Part shown: positions 46,881-56,646 of the stretch, piece after piece | How positions within the stretch are numbered: the first letter of the stretch is position 1 | Layout: every line of letters begins with the position of its first letter | From: Candidatus Gottesmanbacteria bacterium RIFCSPLOWO2_01_FULL_43_11b | GTDB taxonomy: Bacteria; Patescibacteriota; Microgenomatia; UBA10105; UBA927 | Direction: 5' to 3' | DNA length: 64,000 bases | NCBI GenBank assembly: GCA_001780985.1 | Contig: MFJV01000001.1 | Span: forward strand, 517,099-581,098 | Program-made: the position numbers and the translations under genes | The notes under the pieces: model-generated | The model's database searches: none | The model's input: only the letters and a program-made list of their open reading frames with translations | Told to the model about the DNA's origin: nothing

Positions 46881-48262
46881 AACCGCGTCCGCATAGTGCT
46901 TGTGTAGTTGGCATCGCCTTGGGTGATGAGGGAAAAGGTAGAGTGATTGACAATCTTCTCGGGTTACTTCTAAAAACTCGCGGAATTTCTGGGGTAACCG
47001 TTGTTCGATTTCAAGGGGGGAGTAATTCCGGACACACGGTTGAAGCAAATGGAATTCGGCTTGCGTTGCACCAAGTCCCAAGCGGTATTCTCAATAAAAA
47101 GTCAACATGCATTATGGATCGCGGGATGAGTATCAATCCCGCTGATCTCGTCGATGAAATCCGCCTTATTGAAGAACGCATCGGAAACGTTCAGGGTAGA
47201 CTTTTTTTATCAAATGACGCTGTTCTCAATACTGATTTAGATCGGGCAGAGGAATTTGTGAACCGCATACGCACGGGGGGCGCTCGTGGCGGAACCGGCC
47301 GCGGCATAGGTCCATCCTATGCACATCATTATGATCGACTGGGATTTCATATATCAGATCTGTTAGATAGCGAATGGAAAAAAACTTTAAAAAAACAATA
47401 TGAACGATATAGAAAAGAGTTTCATTTGTATGGATTAAAACTTGCACGCATTGAAGTACCTGATTTTCTTAAAACAAAAAAAACAGGGAAGGAACACAAA
47501 CGCTCGGTTGGCACACAGGATGAATTTTTAAGGCGCCTCGGTCGGGCACGGAACGCACTTATCAAACGAAAGATGGTCGTTAATACATTTCGTCTGCATG
47601 AGAAAATTTTTCAAAAAAAATCAGAAGCGGTTCTTTTTGAGGGAGCACAGGCGCTTGGACTTCACCCGTGGTTGGGGACACTCCCAGATATTACAGCATC
47701 AGATACCTCTTCCTATGGAATTCATACAGGCACGGCATTTTGGAAAGTTGAAGATATTGAAAAACGGATAGGGATATTTAAGATTCCATATACGTCAAGT
47801 GTCGGCGTACGACGGATGCCGACACATGCTGACGATGCGTGGTCGAAGCGCGTACGAGAGAAAGCGCATGAGTATGGTACAACAACCGGAAGGCCAAGGG
47901 ATATTTTATTTCTCGATATCCCTATGCTTTCCTATAACATACGGATGTCCGGTGTAAACATGCTCATTGGGACCCATCTCGATATTTCGTGGGAGGATAT
48001 GCCGATAAAAATTTGTACACACTACACAGATAGAAAAGGAAAACGAGTAGCATACCAACCGGGACTGCAGCACCTAAAAGACGTCATTCCTCACTACATA
48101 ACAATGGCCGGATGGGATGGGGAAAAGGTGCGACAGGCAAAAACATTTCAAGCGTTACCGATAGGAGCAAAAAGGTTTCTAAGATTTCTAGAACGTCAGT
48201 TTGGTATTCCCATCATTGCCGTGACGACTGGACCAACGCGGGAACATTATATTGATATTTAA
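46877..48262 (+). CDS. purA: adenylosuccinate synthetase
   Basis: The track ORF starts at 46766 inside purB. The ATG at 46877 overlaps the purB stop (ATGA). GDEGKGR P-loop and GGSNSGHTV. Confidence 0.9.
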   Translation: MKPRPHSACVVGIALGDEGKGRVIDNLLGLLLKTRGISGVTVVRFQGGSNSGHTVEANGIRLALHQVPSGILNKKSTCIMDRGMSINPADLVDEIRLIEERIGNVQGRLFLSNDAVLNTDLDRAEEFVNRIRTGGARGGTGRGIGPSYAHHYDRLGFHISDLLDSEWKKTLKKQYERYRKEFHLYGLKLARIEVPDFLKTKKTGKEHKRSVGTQDEFLRRLGRARNALIKRKMVVNTFRLHEKIFQKKSEAVLFEGAQALGLHPWLGTLPDITASDTSSYGIHTGTAFWKVEDIEKRIGIFKIPYTSSVGVRRMPTHADDAWSKRVREKAHEYGTTTGRPRDILFLDIPMLSYNIRMSGVNMLIGTHLDISWEDMPIKICTHYTDRKGKRVAYQPGLQHLKDVIPHYITMAGWDGEKVRQAKTFQALPIGAKRFLRFLERQFGIPIIAVTTGPTREHYIDI

Positions 48263-49710
48263 TGAAGATCCCGCTTGTTTTCTGTTGCTCCGGCATGCGT
48301 GACAGTAATAAATTGCCCTTTGGTTTGCAGCTCTTTAAGACTGTGTGCACCAACGTAACTCATGCTTGAACGTAAGCCTCCGTCAAAAGCGTAGAGAATT
48401 TTTTTCACCGACCCTTTATACGGTGTGGCAATCACTCTTCCTTCCGGCGTATAGTGCTCACCGTTTGTTGAACTATCCCCTAAACTTTTTCGTTTTTGAA
48501 ATGCGCTTGCAGATGCCATCCCCTGCACAAATTTTTTTAAGATCCCGTTATCAAGAAGTGGCTCACCCGGACTTTCAGCAGTCCCGGCAAAGAGACTACC
48601 GATCATCACGCTACTGGCTCCGGCAACGATTGCCTTGGGCAAATCCCCAGGTTCCCGAATTCCTCCGTCTGCCATAATTGGAATTTTGTGTCGTTTTTTA
48701 GATAGCGCTTGGCTAACTTCCATAACTGCGGTAATTTGCGGCATACCGATGCCGGCAATATTTCTGGTTTCGCACACATAACCGGGACCGACTCCGACTT
48801 TCACTCCGTCTGCACCACTGTCGTAAATGTAGCGAGCGCCCTCTGCTGTTGCTATGTTTCCGGCTAAGATAGGAATTTTTATTTTTTCTTTGACTTTAAG
48901 TCGCCGAAGCATTTCTTGTGTATAGATAAGACCACCGTGGGCAATATCCAATACAAGAACGTCAACACCAGCAGTAACCAACAAGTGGGCTCGATCGATA
49001 TCACTGCTTCGTACGCCAATTGCGGCTCCCACCATGAGTCTCCCATTTTTATCAAATGATCCGTTTGGAAATTCCCCTTTATAGGAAAAATCTTTCAGCG
49101 TATACACACCGTCAAGAATTCCTCTCGCATTAACAACGGGTATTTTTTGAATTCTGTGGAGCTGCATTTTCCGCATGGCTGCTTCCTGTTTTGTTCCGAA
49201 GGGAACAGCAATGACACGGGACCGGGGTGTCATAACTTTTGAAATAGGATCAGTTGGTGAGGCGGCGGGATAATCTCTGTTTGTTGCAATGCCAACAAAT
49301 TTACCGTTAAAATTTTTTCCTTTATAAACAATGACATAACCGCGGCCTCTTCTTTTTTGAAGAGCGACTACATCAGCAATTGGGGTATCGACGGAAACGA
49401 CAGGCGGATCATCTTCTATAACGCGCACTAGATCTTTGACAAGTTTTACTTCACTTGCCTGTGCCTCCGGACTCATAAATCGATGGATAATACCTAATCC
49501 TCCCAAGCACGCCATGGTTGTTGCCATCAGATGTTCGGTAACAGTATCCATATTGGCTGAAATTATCGGAAGGTGAATAGGCGGAAGCCCTCGGGCAATA
49601 ACGGTAGAAGTTGATATTTGTGTTCCGTGGCGAGAACGTATGTCCGATAATCCCGGACGGATGAATACGTCACTATAGGAGAGTCCCTGACCGCTAATCT
49701 TACTTGGCAT
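48259..49710 (-). CDS. guaB: IMP dehydrogenase (with CBS pair)
   Basis: VLVLDIAHG and the catalytic-loop region GPGYVCETRNIAGIGMPQ (compare GSICTTR). CBS-like insert present. Confidence 0.9.
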   Translation of the reverse strand: MPSKISGQGLSYSDVFIRPGLSDIRSRHGTQISTSTVIARGLPPIHLPIISANMDTVTEHLMATTMACLGGLGIIHRFMSPEAQASEVKLVKDLVRVIEDDPPVVSVDTPIADVVALQKRRGRGYVIVYKGKNFNGKFVGIATNRDYPAASPTDPISKVMTPRSRVIAVPFGTKQEAAMRKMQLHRIQKIPVVNARGILDGVYTLKDFSYKGEFPNGSFDKNGRLMVGAAIGVRSSDIDRAHLLVTAGVDVLVLDIAHGGLIYTQEMLRRLKVKEKIKIPILAGNIATAEGARYIYDSGADGVKVGVGPGYVCETRNIAGIGMPQITAVMEVSQALSKKRHKIPIMADGGIREPGDLPKAIVAGASSVMIGSLFAGTAESPGEPLLDNGILKKFVQGMASASAFQKRKSLGDSSTNGEHYTPEGRVIATPYKGSVKKILYAFDGGLRSSMSYVGAHSLKELQTKGQFITVTHAGATENKRDLH

Positions 49711-49719
49711 TATATAGTA

Positions 49720-51210
49720 TTACTCCCATTCTATCGTCCCTGGAGGTTTTGTGGTGATATCATACACCACACGGGAGACATTTGGAACTTCATTGACAAT
49801 GCGGCTTGCCATTTTTTGTAAAAGATCATACGGAAGCTCGGCCCATGTTGCTGTCATTCGATCGCGGGACACCACTGCACGGATAGCGATTACTTCACCA
49901 TATCCTCGTCCGTCACCCCGCACTGCAGTTGATCGGATACCGGTTGCCACAGCAAACGAATGGAGCAGTGTTTCATATAAGAGTGATTTTTTCATTTCCT
50001 CGACAACGATATTGTCTGCTGCTCGAACTTTTTCTAAACGCTCTTTGGTCACTTCACCGATAATTCGAATTGCAAACCCGGGCCCCGGGTGTGGCTGTTC
50101 TTTAATAAACGACTCTGGGATCTTTAGGTCTTTTGCAAGCAATCGCACTTGGTCGGTGTAGAGATATCGAAGCGGTTCGATGAGTTGTAGTTTCATTTTT
50201 TCGGGTAATCCTCCGACATTATGGTGTGACTTAATAGTCGCGGCGTGTTTCGTTCCTTTCGATTCAATCACATCGGAATAAATAGTTCCCTGGACCAGAA
50301 ATTTAACTTTTTTAAATCGTTTCACTTCCTCTTCAAAAAAATCGACATAAAGTTTTCCGATGATTTTTCTTTTATGTTCCGGATCAGTAATTCCTTTGAG
50401 TGCTGCAAGAAATTCTTTTTCTTTATGAAGAATAACGGCATTGGTAAAGAATGTCATGACTTTTTTTGTTGTTCCCTCACGCATAAGCCCGCTTTCGATG
50501 TGAATATGAATGAGTCGCTTGCCTATTGCTTTTTCTACTAACGTTGCAGCTACTGTTGAGTCGAGTCCTCCGGAAACAGCCGCGATTGCGTATGAGTTCC
50601 TAACGGTTTTTTTAATATTTTGAATCATTTCTTTCGTGTCAATGTGCTTTGTTTGTGTTTTTATGCCGCAGATCGCAAGAAAATTTTTGAGAATTATGTT
50701 TCCATGTTCCGTGTGCTCGACTTCCGGGTGAAACTGCACACAATAAATTTTTTTAACCTCATTGGTCATCGCAGCAGCTCGAATTGATTCCGTTTGTGCG
50801 ACAAATGAAAATCCCGGTGGGGGAGCAACAACAGAATCGCCGTGACTCATCCAGACGCGTGACCGAGGAGAAAGAGAATCAAACAGTCTCGTTTTGCCAT
50901 TGATAAGAAACGTTGCCGGTCCGAACTCTTTTATCTTTCCCGGTTTTACATCGCCATGGAGAAGGTGGGCTGTTAACTGCATGCCGTAGCAAATGGCGAG
51001 TATTGGGATCCCCATATCAAATATTTTTTTATCTACTGTTGGTGCACCGGGTGAATACACTGATGCGGGCCCTCCGGAAAAAATTATCCCTTTGGGTGTA
51101 TTTGTCATTGCCTTTTCGGGCGGTACTATTTCAACTACAACTCCCATATCGCGTAATCGTCGGGCGATAAGGTGAGCTGTTTGTGAGCCGAAATCAACAA
51201 GAACTACCAT
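49720..51210 (-). CDS. guaA: GMP synthase (glutamine-hydrolysing)
   Basis: GATase ICYGMQ and HPE. PP-loop SGGLDSTV. C-terminal dimerisation domain ending IEWE. Confidence 0.9.
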   Translation of the reverse strand: MVVLVDFGSQTAHLIARRLRDMGVVVEIVPPEKAMTNTPKGIIFSGGPASVYSPGAPTVDKKIFDMGIPILAICYGMQLTAHLLHGDVKPGKIKEFGPATFLINGKTRLFDSLSPRSRVWMSHGDSVVAPPPGFSFVAQTESIRAAAMTNEVKKIYCVQFHPEVEHTEHGNIILKNFLAICGIKTQTKHIDTKEMIQNIKKTVRNSYAIAAVSGGLDSTVAATLVEKAIGKRLIHIHIESGLMREGTTKKVMTFFTNAVILHKEKEFLAALKGITDPEHKRKIIGKLYVDFFEEEVKRFKKVKFLVQGTIYSDVIESKGTKHAATIKSHHNVGGLPEKMKLQLIEPLRYLYTDQVRLLAKDLKIPESFIKEQPHPGPGFAIRIIGEVTKERLEKVRAADNIVVEEMKKSLLYETLLHSFAVATGIRSTAVRGDGRGYGEVIAIRAVVSRDRMTATWAELPYDLLQKMASRIVNEVPNVSRVVYDITTKPPGTIEWE

Positions 51211-51212
51211 AC

Positions 51213-51833
51213 TTATTGTAATACTATTCTATCGTGCGGTCCTATCTCTGATACTCTCACGCAGGAAAATACTTTTATTCCGAGCGTTGCGATTTGGTCG
51301 AGTCCCCCTTGGAATACTTTATCAAAGAGCACCGCGTATCCCACCACGGTAACACCGCGCTCTTTAAGTCCGCTAATAATTCTATGTCCTGTTTCGCCTG
51401 TGGCGCAGACATCATCAAGAATAAGCACCCGGTCCCCTTTTTTTACGAAGGAAAGATTGATGCCGGAAAAAACCATCGTGCCGCCGGTACTTGTGGTAAA
51501 TGAACGGATTTCTTCGCGGTAGACGTCTTTCCATGACGTCGGAATATTTTGATCTTTGCGTGAAGCATGCAGCCGAACATCTTTATCGAGTTCCAACGCA
51601 ACGGCGGTTGCTAAATAATTTCCTGAATGAGGGATGCCATGAATGACCGTAATATCGTCATCACGAAATGTGTTGGAAATGAGTTTTGCTGCTGCTGCAA
51701 GAACGGAGGGTTTCATGCGCAAATTAAAAGAAGAGATGGAGATGTACCCGCGCTCGTGATCAATGACTTTTGCCTCTTTGAGGAATTCTTTTTTGAGGAA
51801 ATCGGTCGCGTTTTTTACCTCGTCAGTCCCCAT
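51213..51833 (-). CDS. type I phosphoribosyltransferase family protein (adenine/purine PRTase-like)
   Basis: PRPP-binding motif VLILDDVCATGET. Confidence 0.65.
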   Translation of the reverse strand: MGTDEVKNATDFLKKEFLKEAKVIDHERGYISISSFNLRMKPSVLAAAAKLISNTFRDDDITVIHGIPHSGNYLATAVALELDKDVRLHASRKDQNIPTSWKDVYREEIRSFTTSTGGTMVFSGINLSFVKKGDRVLILDDVCATGETGHRIISGLKERGVTVVGYAVLFDKVFQGGLDQIATLGIKVFSCVRVSEIGPHDRIVLQ

Positions 51834-51846
51834 AGCCCACTATATA

Positions 51847-52080
51847 TCAAATAGCAGGTTTTTGCAATGTGTTTACATGCCCCCCACGTAAATCATGTCC
51901 TCCCGCCCGAGCAGGTGTTGATTGAGGTTTTTCATCCGGTTTTAGTGGTGGTTTTAGTTCTTCTGCAACAGTTTGACCGTTCAGTTTTGGTGCATTTACA
52001 CCAACAACAAACGGATAACCACCAATCCAACGAATTTCTTGTTTTGCTGCCATACTAAACAAAAGTAATGCTATGGGCAA
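51847..52080 (-). CDS. hypothetical small protein (TTG start in track)
   Basis: 77-aa ORF whose start codon is TTG on the minus strand. It overlaps the next ORF by 26 nt in another frame. It may be spurious or a frameshifted continuation. Confidence 0.2.
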   Translation of the reverse strand: MPIALLLFSMAAKQEIRWIGGYPFVVGVNAPKLNGQTVAEELKPPLKPDEKPQSTPARAGGHDLRGGHVNTLQKPAI

Positions 52081-52303
52081 CTTGTTGCCCTTCTATTTCC
52101 TTAAAGTATGTCATTCCGAATGAGGCACTTTTTGTGACTTTATGCTTTTGAGGTTGGGGAATAAACTCATCCGGTGGGGAAATGACCTCAATTCTGGCGG
52201 CCCAGAACGTTTTACGAACCAAGGTTCCATTAACTGAGAATTTTTGTCCTCTTCTTAGTTCAATTAGTTCAACACGTTGTGAATGGTCTGGGCCAAAAGC
52301 CAT
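52055..52303 (-). CDS. hypothetical small protein
   Basis: 82 aa with an ATG start preceded by AAGGAAA. No motif. Confidence 0.4.
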   Translation of the reverse strand: MAFGPDHSQRVELIELRRGQKFSVNGTLVRKTFWAARIEVISPPDEFIPQPQKHKVTKSASFGMTYFKEIEGQQVAHSITFV

Positions 52304-52327
52304 TAGTATTTCCTTTCGCAGCCTTTT

Positions 52328-52353
52328 CCACTAAAAAAGGGCTGCGAAATCAG
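52328..52353 (-). terminator. rho-independent terminator after the upstream PRTase gene
   Basis: On the minus strand: GGGCTGATTTCGCAGCCC followed by TTTTTT (plus-strand 52336-52353 hairpin, 52329-52335 A-run). Confidence 0.6.
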
Positions 52354-52389
52354 CCCTAATAACTTTATAGCATGTACACAATGGGCAAG

Positions 52390-52935
52390 TCAAGAGTGAT
52401 CGTTGGCAAATGAAATTTGTTTTTGAGTAAAACCGAGTGAAAGGAGTTTTTCTTTTGACATTTTACCTTGTAAAAGTGTGAGTGTTTCGGTAATTTCAGT
52501 CGGGAAAATGACCCATTTTTTCGTTTCCTGGATAAAATAGTCAGGGTGGAAAATAGAATGAGGCTTATAAAACATCGTGGCGGTGGTAATTGAGCTCGGC
52601 TTGAACCGACGCAGGTAATTAACGGCGCGCTTCAATGTTTTTCCGCTATCGGCAATATCGTCAACAAGGAGGATACGTTTGCCGGTAATATGTCTGCCAA
52701 GTTTTGCTGTAATTTGAAGCTCGCCCTGTTTCTGGATATCTGTATAGCTTTGGATGGTAATAGAACAGATAGGAAGATGCAGGTGATCAGAAAGTAAATG
52801 CCCGAGCGTCAGTCCGCCGCGGGCAATTGCCACAATTTCATCGAACGGCCCTTCGTTTTTGAGAAGCGAGGCGGCAAGATTTTGGGCAAGTACTATATAT
52901 TCGTTCCAGGAAACGGGAAGATACTCCATGCTCAT
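52390..52935 (-). CDS. type I phosphoribosyltransferase family protein (hypoxanthine/xanthine-guanine PRTase-like)
   Basis: ILLVDDIADSGKTL PRPP motif. Start is taken at the Met of MSMEYLPVSWNEY (52933-52935). Confidence 0.65.
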   Translation of the reverse strand: MSMEYLPVSWNEYIVLAQNLAASLLKNEGPFDEIVAIARGGLTLGHLLSDHLHLPICSITIQSYTDIQKQGELQITAKLGRHITGKRILLVDDIADSGKTLKRAVNYLRRFKPSSITTATMFYKPHSIFHPDYFIQETKKWVIFPTEITETLTLLQGKMSKEKLLSLGFTQKQISFANDHS

Positions 52936-52962
52936 GGTGATATAGTATACTATAATACTTCT

Positions 52963-53571
52963 ATGGAGAAGCAGAAACACCTCAAATACGCGAGCATTGC
53001 TGTTTCCGGCCGACCCGGAGCAGGGCGATCAACACTTCTTAACAATCTCATGCCCTTGCTAAAACCATTAGGCTGGGAATTTTTTTCCGGCGGAGAGTGG
53101 TCTCGCCAGATTGCCATCAAAAGTGGTAAACATGACCCGAATGATACCAAACACCATCTCGCCACAGCCTACGATGACGACGTTGATCACCAGATTGATC
53201 AGGCGATGAGAGAAAAAATATCCGATCCAAGCATTCATATGGTTATTGAATCCTGGATTGCTGGGTGGAATGCCCGGGGTTTAACACATGTTCTTAAAGT
53301 GCTTCTCATGTGTGATGATGCATTACGGATTGATAGGGTAGTCAATCGTGATAATTTGACCGTTGAAGATGCAAAGAAACATTTAGAGACAAGGGAGCAG
53401 GAGAATATTGCAAAATGGAAGAGGATGTATGGGGTTGGTGATTTTTGGGATCCTAAGCACTACGATCTTGTCATCAATACCTACTCTCACGGCCCGAAAG
53501 AAACCCTTGACCTCGTCCTCCAGGCTCTTGGCTACTATAGCGCGAACGGACAAACACCCAGCGGTGAATAA
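52963..53571 (+). CDS. cytidylate-kinase-like P-loop NTPase
   Basis: The ATG at 52963 gives a Walker A (AVSGRPGAGRST). The protein is about 200 aa with a (d)CMP kinase-like layout. The track ORF start at 52798 would overlap the divergent PRTase gene. Confidence 0.5.
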   Translation: MEKQKHLKYASIAVSGRPGAGRSTLLNNLMPLLKPLGWEFFSGGEWSRQIAIKSGKHDPNDTKHHLATAYDDDVDHQIDQAMREKISDPSIHMVIESWIAGWNARGLTHVLKVLLMCDDALRIDRVVNRDNLTVEDAKKHLETREQENIAKWKRMYGVGDFWDPKHYDLVINTYSHGPKETLDLVLQALGYYSANGQTPSGE

Positions 53572-53646
53572 GTCATATGAACAAAAACACAGAATTCAAC
53601 GATAAAATTAGACAATTAGGCATAGGTATGCAACAATACGCTCATT

Positions 53647-54165
53647 ATGTTTAAAGACATAGACATAGAGATGCCGCGTGTTGCCGGATTATACCATGTA
53701 ATTTTGCATGGGAAGAGCCTTGATATTATGAAGAGAGGTGCAGTCGACATTGCTTACTACAAGTCCCTTAATATACCTGGAAGTGAAGGTGTGGGTATAA
53801 AGTTTGAAGAAGGCCTTTCGGGTATTGTTGCCGTGTATAAGGAAGGCATACTTTCAAAAAGTTACAACAAACCATGGCAGGTCCAGCTCAAAATGCTCGA
53901 GGAAAAAAATGCGGAGTTTCAGCGAGAAAATCCTTCATGGAAAATTATCTTTCCTCCCAACGCTGCAACAGCGGTAGAAGTGGCACAAGAGGTTTGGGAC
54001 AAGCATAATATTAATGTTCTCCCTAAGGATACTCGCGTTGGAGACGGTTCTGTGAGTGTAGGCTTCAATCCCAATCCCTCAAGGGGCTTTGGCGTCACCT
54101 TCGGCATATCTCCGGATCAGCCTATCAGGTTCGTTGGTGTTCTCCCCCTGGTAGTACCTAAATAG
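53647..54165 (+). CDS. hypothetical protein
   Basis: 172-aa ORF with no recognisable motif. Confidence 0.4.
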   Translation: MFKDIDIEMPRVAGLYHVILHGKSLDIMKRGAVDIAYYKSLNIPGSEGVGIKFEEGLSGIVAVYKEGILSKSYNKPWQVQLKMLEEKNAEFQRENPSWKIIFPPNAATAVEVAQEVWDKHNINVLPKDTRVGDGSVSVGFNPNPSRGFGVTFGISPDQPIRFVGVLPLVVPK

Positions 54166-54204
54166 AATATTGGATTTTCTTCTGCGTGCCTTAGCTTTTT
54201 GCAC

Positions 54205-54993
54205 TTAAGTATCTTGCATGGAAGCGAGAGCCCTCACAAACACCCACCAGTGCATGAACCAAATATAGGTTAGCGATACAGAAAGTTGGAGAAGATCAAC
54301 ATCTGGAAGAAATCCAATTTCAATAAATTCATGAGATCCTCGCCAAAGTAAATTTGACGCGAAAAGTATTAACAGCACGCTTGAAACGCGAAATGCCCAG
54401 TATACAGGAAGTTTGAGCGTTGCTGAGAAGAATACGAATGAAACGAGAAGTCCCGCAATGAGTCCCAATCCAAATCCGCCCAAGATTGGGCCTGGTTGCG
54501 AGGAGAAATAAATTGTTGTCAAAAAAAGAACGATTTCAAATCCTTCGCGAAACACGGCAGTAAATACTAAGCCAAACAACCCCCGTTGTTTACCATTTTT
54601 TTCAACAACGGATTTAACTTTTTGTAAAAGCGCAACTTTGTAATGGGCAAAGTATTTGTGGAGAAAAAAGACTGCCCATGTAATAAAAAAAGCTGAGGTA
54701 ATCATGAGGATTCCCTCAATGAGTTCCTCTGTTCTTCCCGAGTAAACCTCCTGCACTTTGATGCCGAACAAACTGCCCAGACCTAAAAGTGCAATACTTG
54801 CAAGTGTTGCTGCCATCGTTGCGATCCAAACGGTTTTGATTTCTTTGGTACGATTAAGTTTTACGAGGATTCCTAAAATTGTCGCGACGATGAGGGATGC
54901 TTCGATGACCTCACGGAAGGTAACAAGAAGTGAAGGGATCACAAAAATCATGCTATCATAGGGACAGTTGTATGGGCAAGCATATTTTTTCAA
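54205..54993 (-). CDS. efeU: FTR1/EfeU-family high-affinity iron permease
   Basis: Two RExxE motifs in TM helices (TFREVIEASL and VFREGFEIVL) in a 7-TM protein. Confidence 0.8.
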   Translation of the reverse strand: MKKYACPYNCPYDSMIFVIPSLLVTFREVIEASLIVATILGILVKLNRTKEIKTVWIATMAATLASIALLGLGSLFGIKVQEVYSGRTEELIEGILMITSAFFITWAVFFLHKYFAHYKVALLQKVKSVVEKNGKQRGLFGLVFTAVFREGFEIVLFLTTIYFSSQPGPILGGFGLGLIAGLLVSFVFFSATLKLPVYWAFRVSSVLLILFASNLLWRGSHEFIEIGFLPDVDLLQLSVSLTYIWFMHWWVFVRALASMQDT

Positions 54994-56126
54994 AGAACGT
55001 CGTCATACTTTCCGTCGTTTCATTCCTCAATGATATCGGTGGAGAAACCATCAAACGCGCAATTCCTCTCTACCTTGCCAATATACTTGGAGTCAAAACA
55101 TCAATCATTGGTCTTATTGAGGGGGTTGCTGAATCGACGCCCCAAGTATTTCAGCCGCTATCTGGCTACCTCTCCGACACCGTTGGTAAACGAAAACCCA
55201 TTATTGTTTTTGGACAGATACTTCGTTCGACCATGCTCCTTCTTTTTTGGGCAGGCAGTTGGCCGCTGGTGTTACTGTTACGTTTTCTCGATAGGAGCGG
55301 CAAGGGGATTGGGAATGCGCCGCGGGATGCACTCGTTGCTGCTTCCACTCCAAGTAATCACGAAGGTCGAGCATTCGGATTAAACCGTGCTATGGATGAT
55401 GCTGGCTCTGTGGTCGGTATGATTATTGCAAGCGTTTTGGTAGGGAGCGCAATTGTTCTTTCTCGCGTGACATTTCAACGTATTGTACTCCTTGCTGTTA
55501 TTCCACTGGTTATTTCTCTTGCCCTCCTTCTCTTATTCCTTCGGGATATTCCTGATGGCAGGAAAGAGGAAAAACTTGTTCTTCATGACAAATTTGGCAC
55601 AAAGTATTACGTTTTTCTTATTTTGTCATTCTTTTTTGCTTTAGGTAATTCCTCCGATGCGTTTTTGATTCTCAAAGCCCAGCAGGTCGGCTTTAGCCTG
55701 TCGCAAATATTTTTACTCCTCGCCGCACTTAACCTTACCGCCTCCCTCACTGGTTATCCTTTAGCAAATTTGTCTGATACAGTCGGGCGGAAAAAACTTC
55801 TTGTTTTCGGATGGCTCCTCTATGGGGCAGTCTATTTTCTTTTTGGTTACACAAATAATCTTCAGATGTTTCTTTCGGCAGCACTTCTCTACGGGGTTTA
55901 TTACGGTATGACGCAAGGGACGGCCAAAGCGCTCGTTGCTGATATTGTTCCCTCATCGCGACGGGGGACAGCCTATGGTATATATAATATGGTAGTCGGA
56001 ATAACGTTACTGCCTGCATCCATCATCGCCGGGTACCTCTGGCAGACATTTGTCCCCGCAACTTCATTCTATTTCGGCAGTGCCATGTCAGCTCTCGCAG
56101 CAGTAGGATTAATAATTCTTTTATGA
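54972..56126 (+). CDS. MFS transporter
   Basis: 12-TM organisation, MFS motif-A-like GKRKP loop and a second-half repeat (GRKKLLVFG). Start is taken at the ATG at 54972. Confidence 0.8.
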   Translation: MGKHIFSKNVVILSVVSFLNDIGGETIKRAIPLYLANILGVKTSIIGLIEGVAESTPQVFQPLSGYLSDTVGKRKPIIVFGQILRSTMLLLFWAGSWPLVLLLRFLDRSGKGIGNAPRDALVAASTPSNHEGRAFGLNRAMDDAGSVVGMIIASVLVGSAIVLSRVTFQRIVLLAVIPLVISLALLLLFLRDIPDGRKEEKLVLHDKFGTKYYVFLILSFFFALGNSSDAFLILKAQQVGFSLSQIFLLLAALNLTASLTGYPLANLSDTVGRKKLLVFGWLLYGAVYFLFGYTNNLQMFLSAALLYGVYYGMTQGTAKALVADIVPSSRRGTAYGIYNMVVGITLLPASIIAGYLWQTFVPATSFYFGSAMSALAAVGLIILL

Positions 56127-56641
56127 TTCCATCAGAAGAGGAAGCAAAGAAGCTTTGGGACAAGTACAAATTGCCCAAAGAAAAGAGAATCCATGTCGCA
56201 CTTGTCGCCAAGGTCGCCATGGAATTTGCAAAAAAAATACCGGTAAATAGGAAACTTCTTCTTGCAGCGGCATTATTACATGATATCGATAAAGCTGCGA
56301 TGAAACTGCCCGGCGAGAGACATCCCGATACCGCGGTGAGGATTTTACTTGAAGAAGGAATGGATGAGGTTGCCGCATTAGTGAGGACCCATCCGCTCCA
56401 TGCGATCTTAGATCCAAATATTTCTCCCAAAACAATGGAAGAAAAGATTTTGTACCTCTCAGACAAGATGGTGAAGTATGATATAGTCGGTGTTGATCAA
56501 AGATTTGCTCTCTGGCGTGCGGAAAATCTGCCGAAAGAGGCAGTCGTACTCCTCGATTCAACCTACCCAAAAGTAAAGGCGCTTGAGAAAGAAATGTTTT
56601 CAATTGCAAAAATCTCATTTCCCGTCTATACTAAGGGCTGA
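56123..56641 (+). CDS. HD-domain phosphohydrolase (HDIG-like)
   Basis: H...HD motif (LLHDIDK) with downstream His and Asp residues. Confidence 0.75.
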   Translation: MIPSEEEAKKLWDKYKLPKEKRIHVALVAKVAMEFAKKIPVNRKLLLAAALLHDIDKAAMKLPGERHPDTAVRILLEEGMDEVAALVRTHPLHAILDPNISPKTMEEKILYLSDKMVKYDIVGVDQRFALWRAENLPKEAVVLLDSTYPKVKALEKEMFSIAKISFPVYTKG

Positions 56642-56646
56642 TCTCT

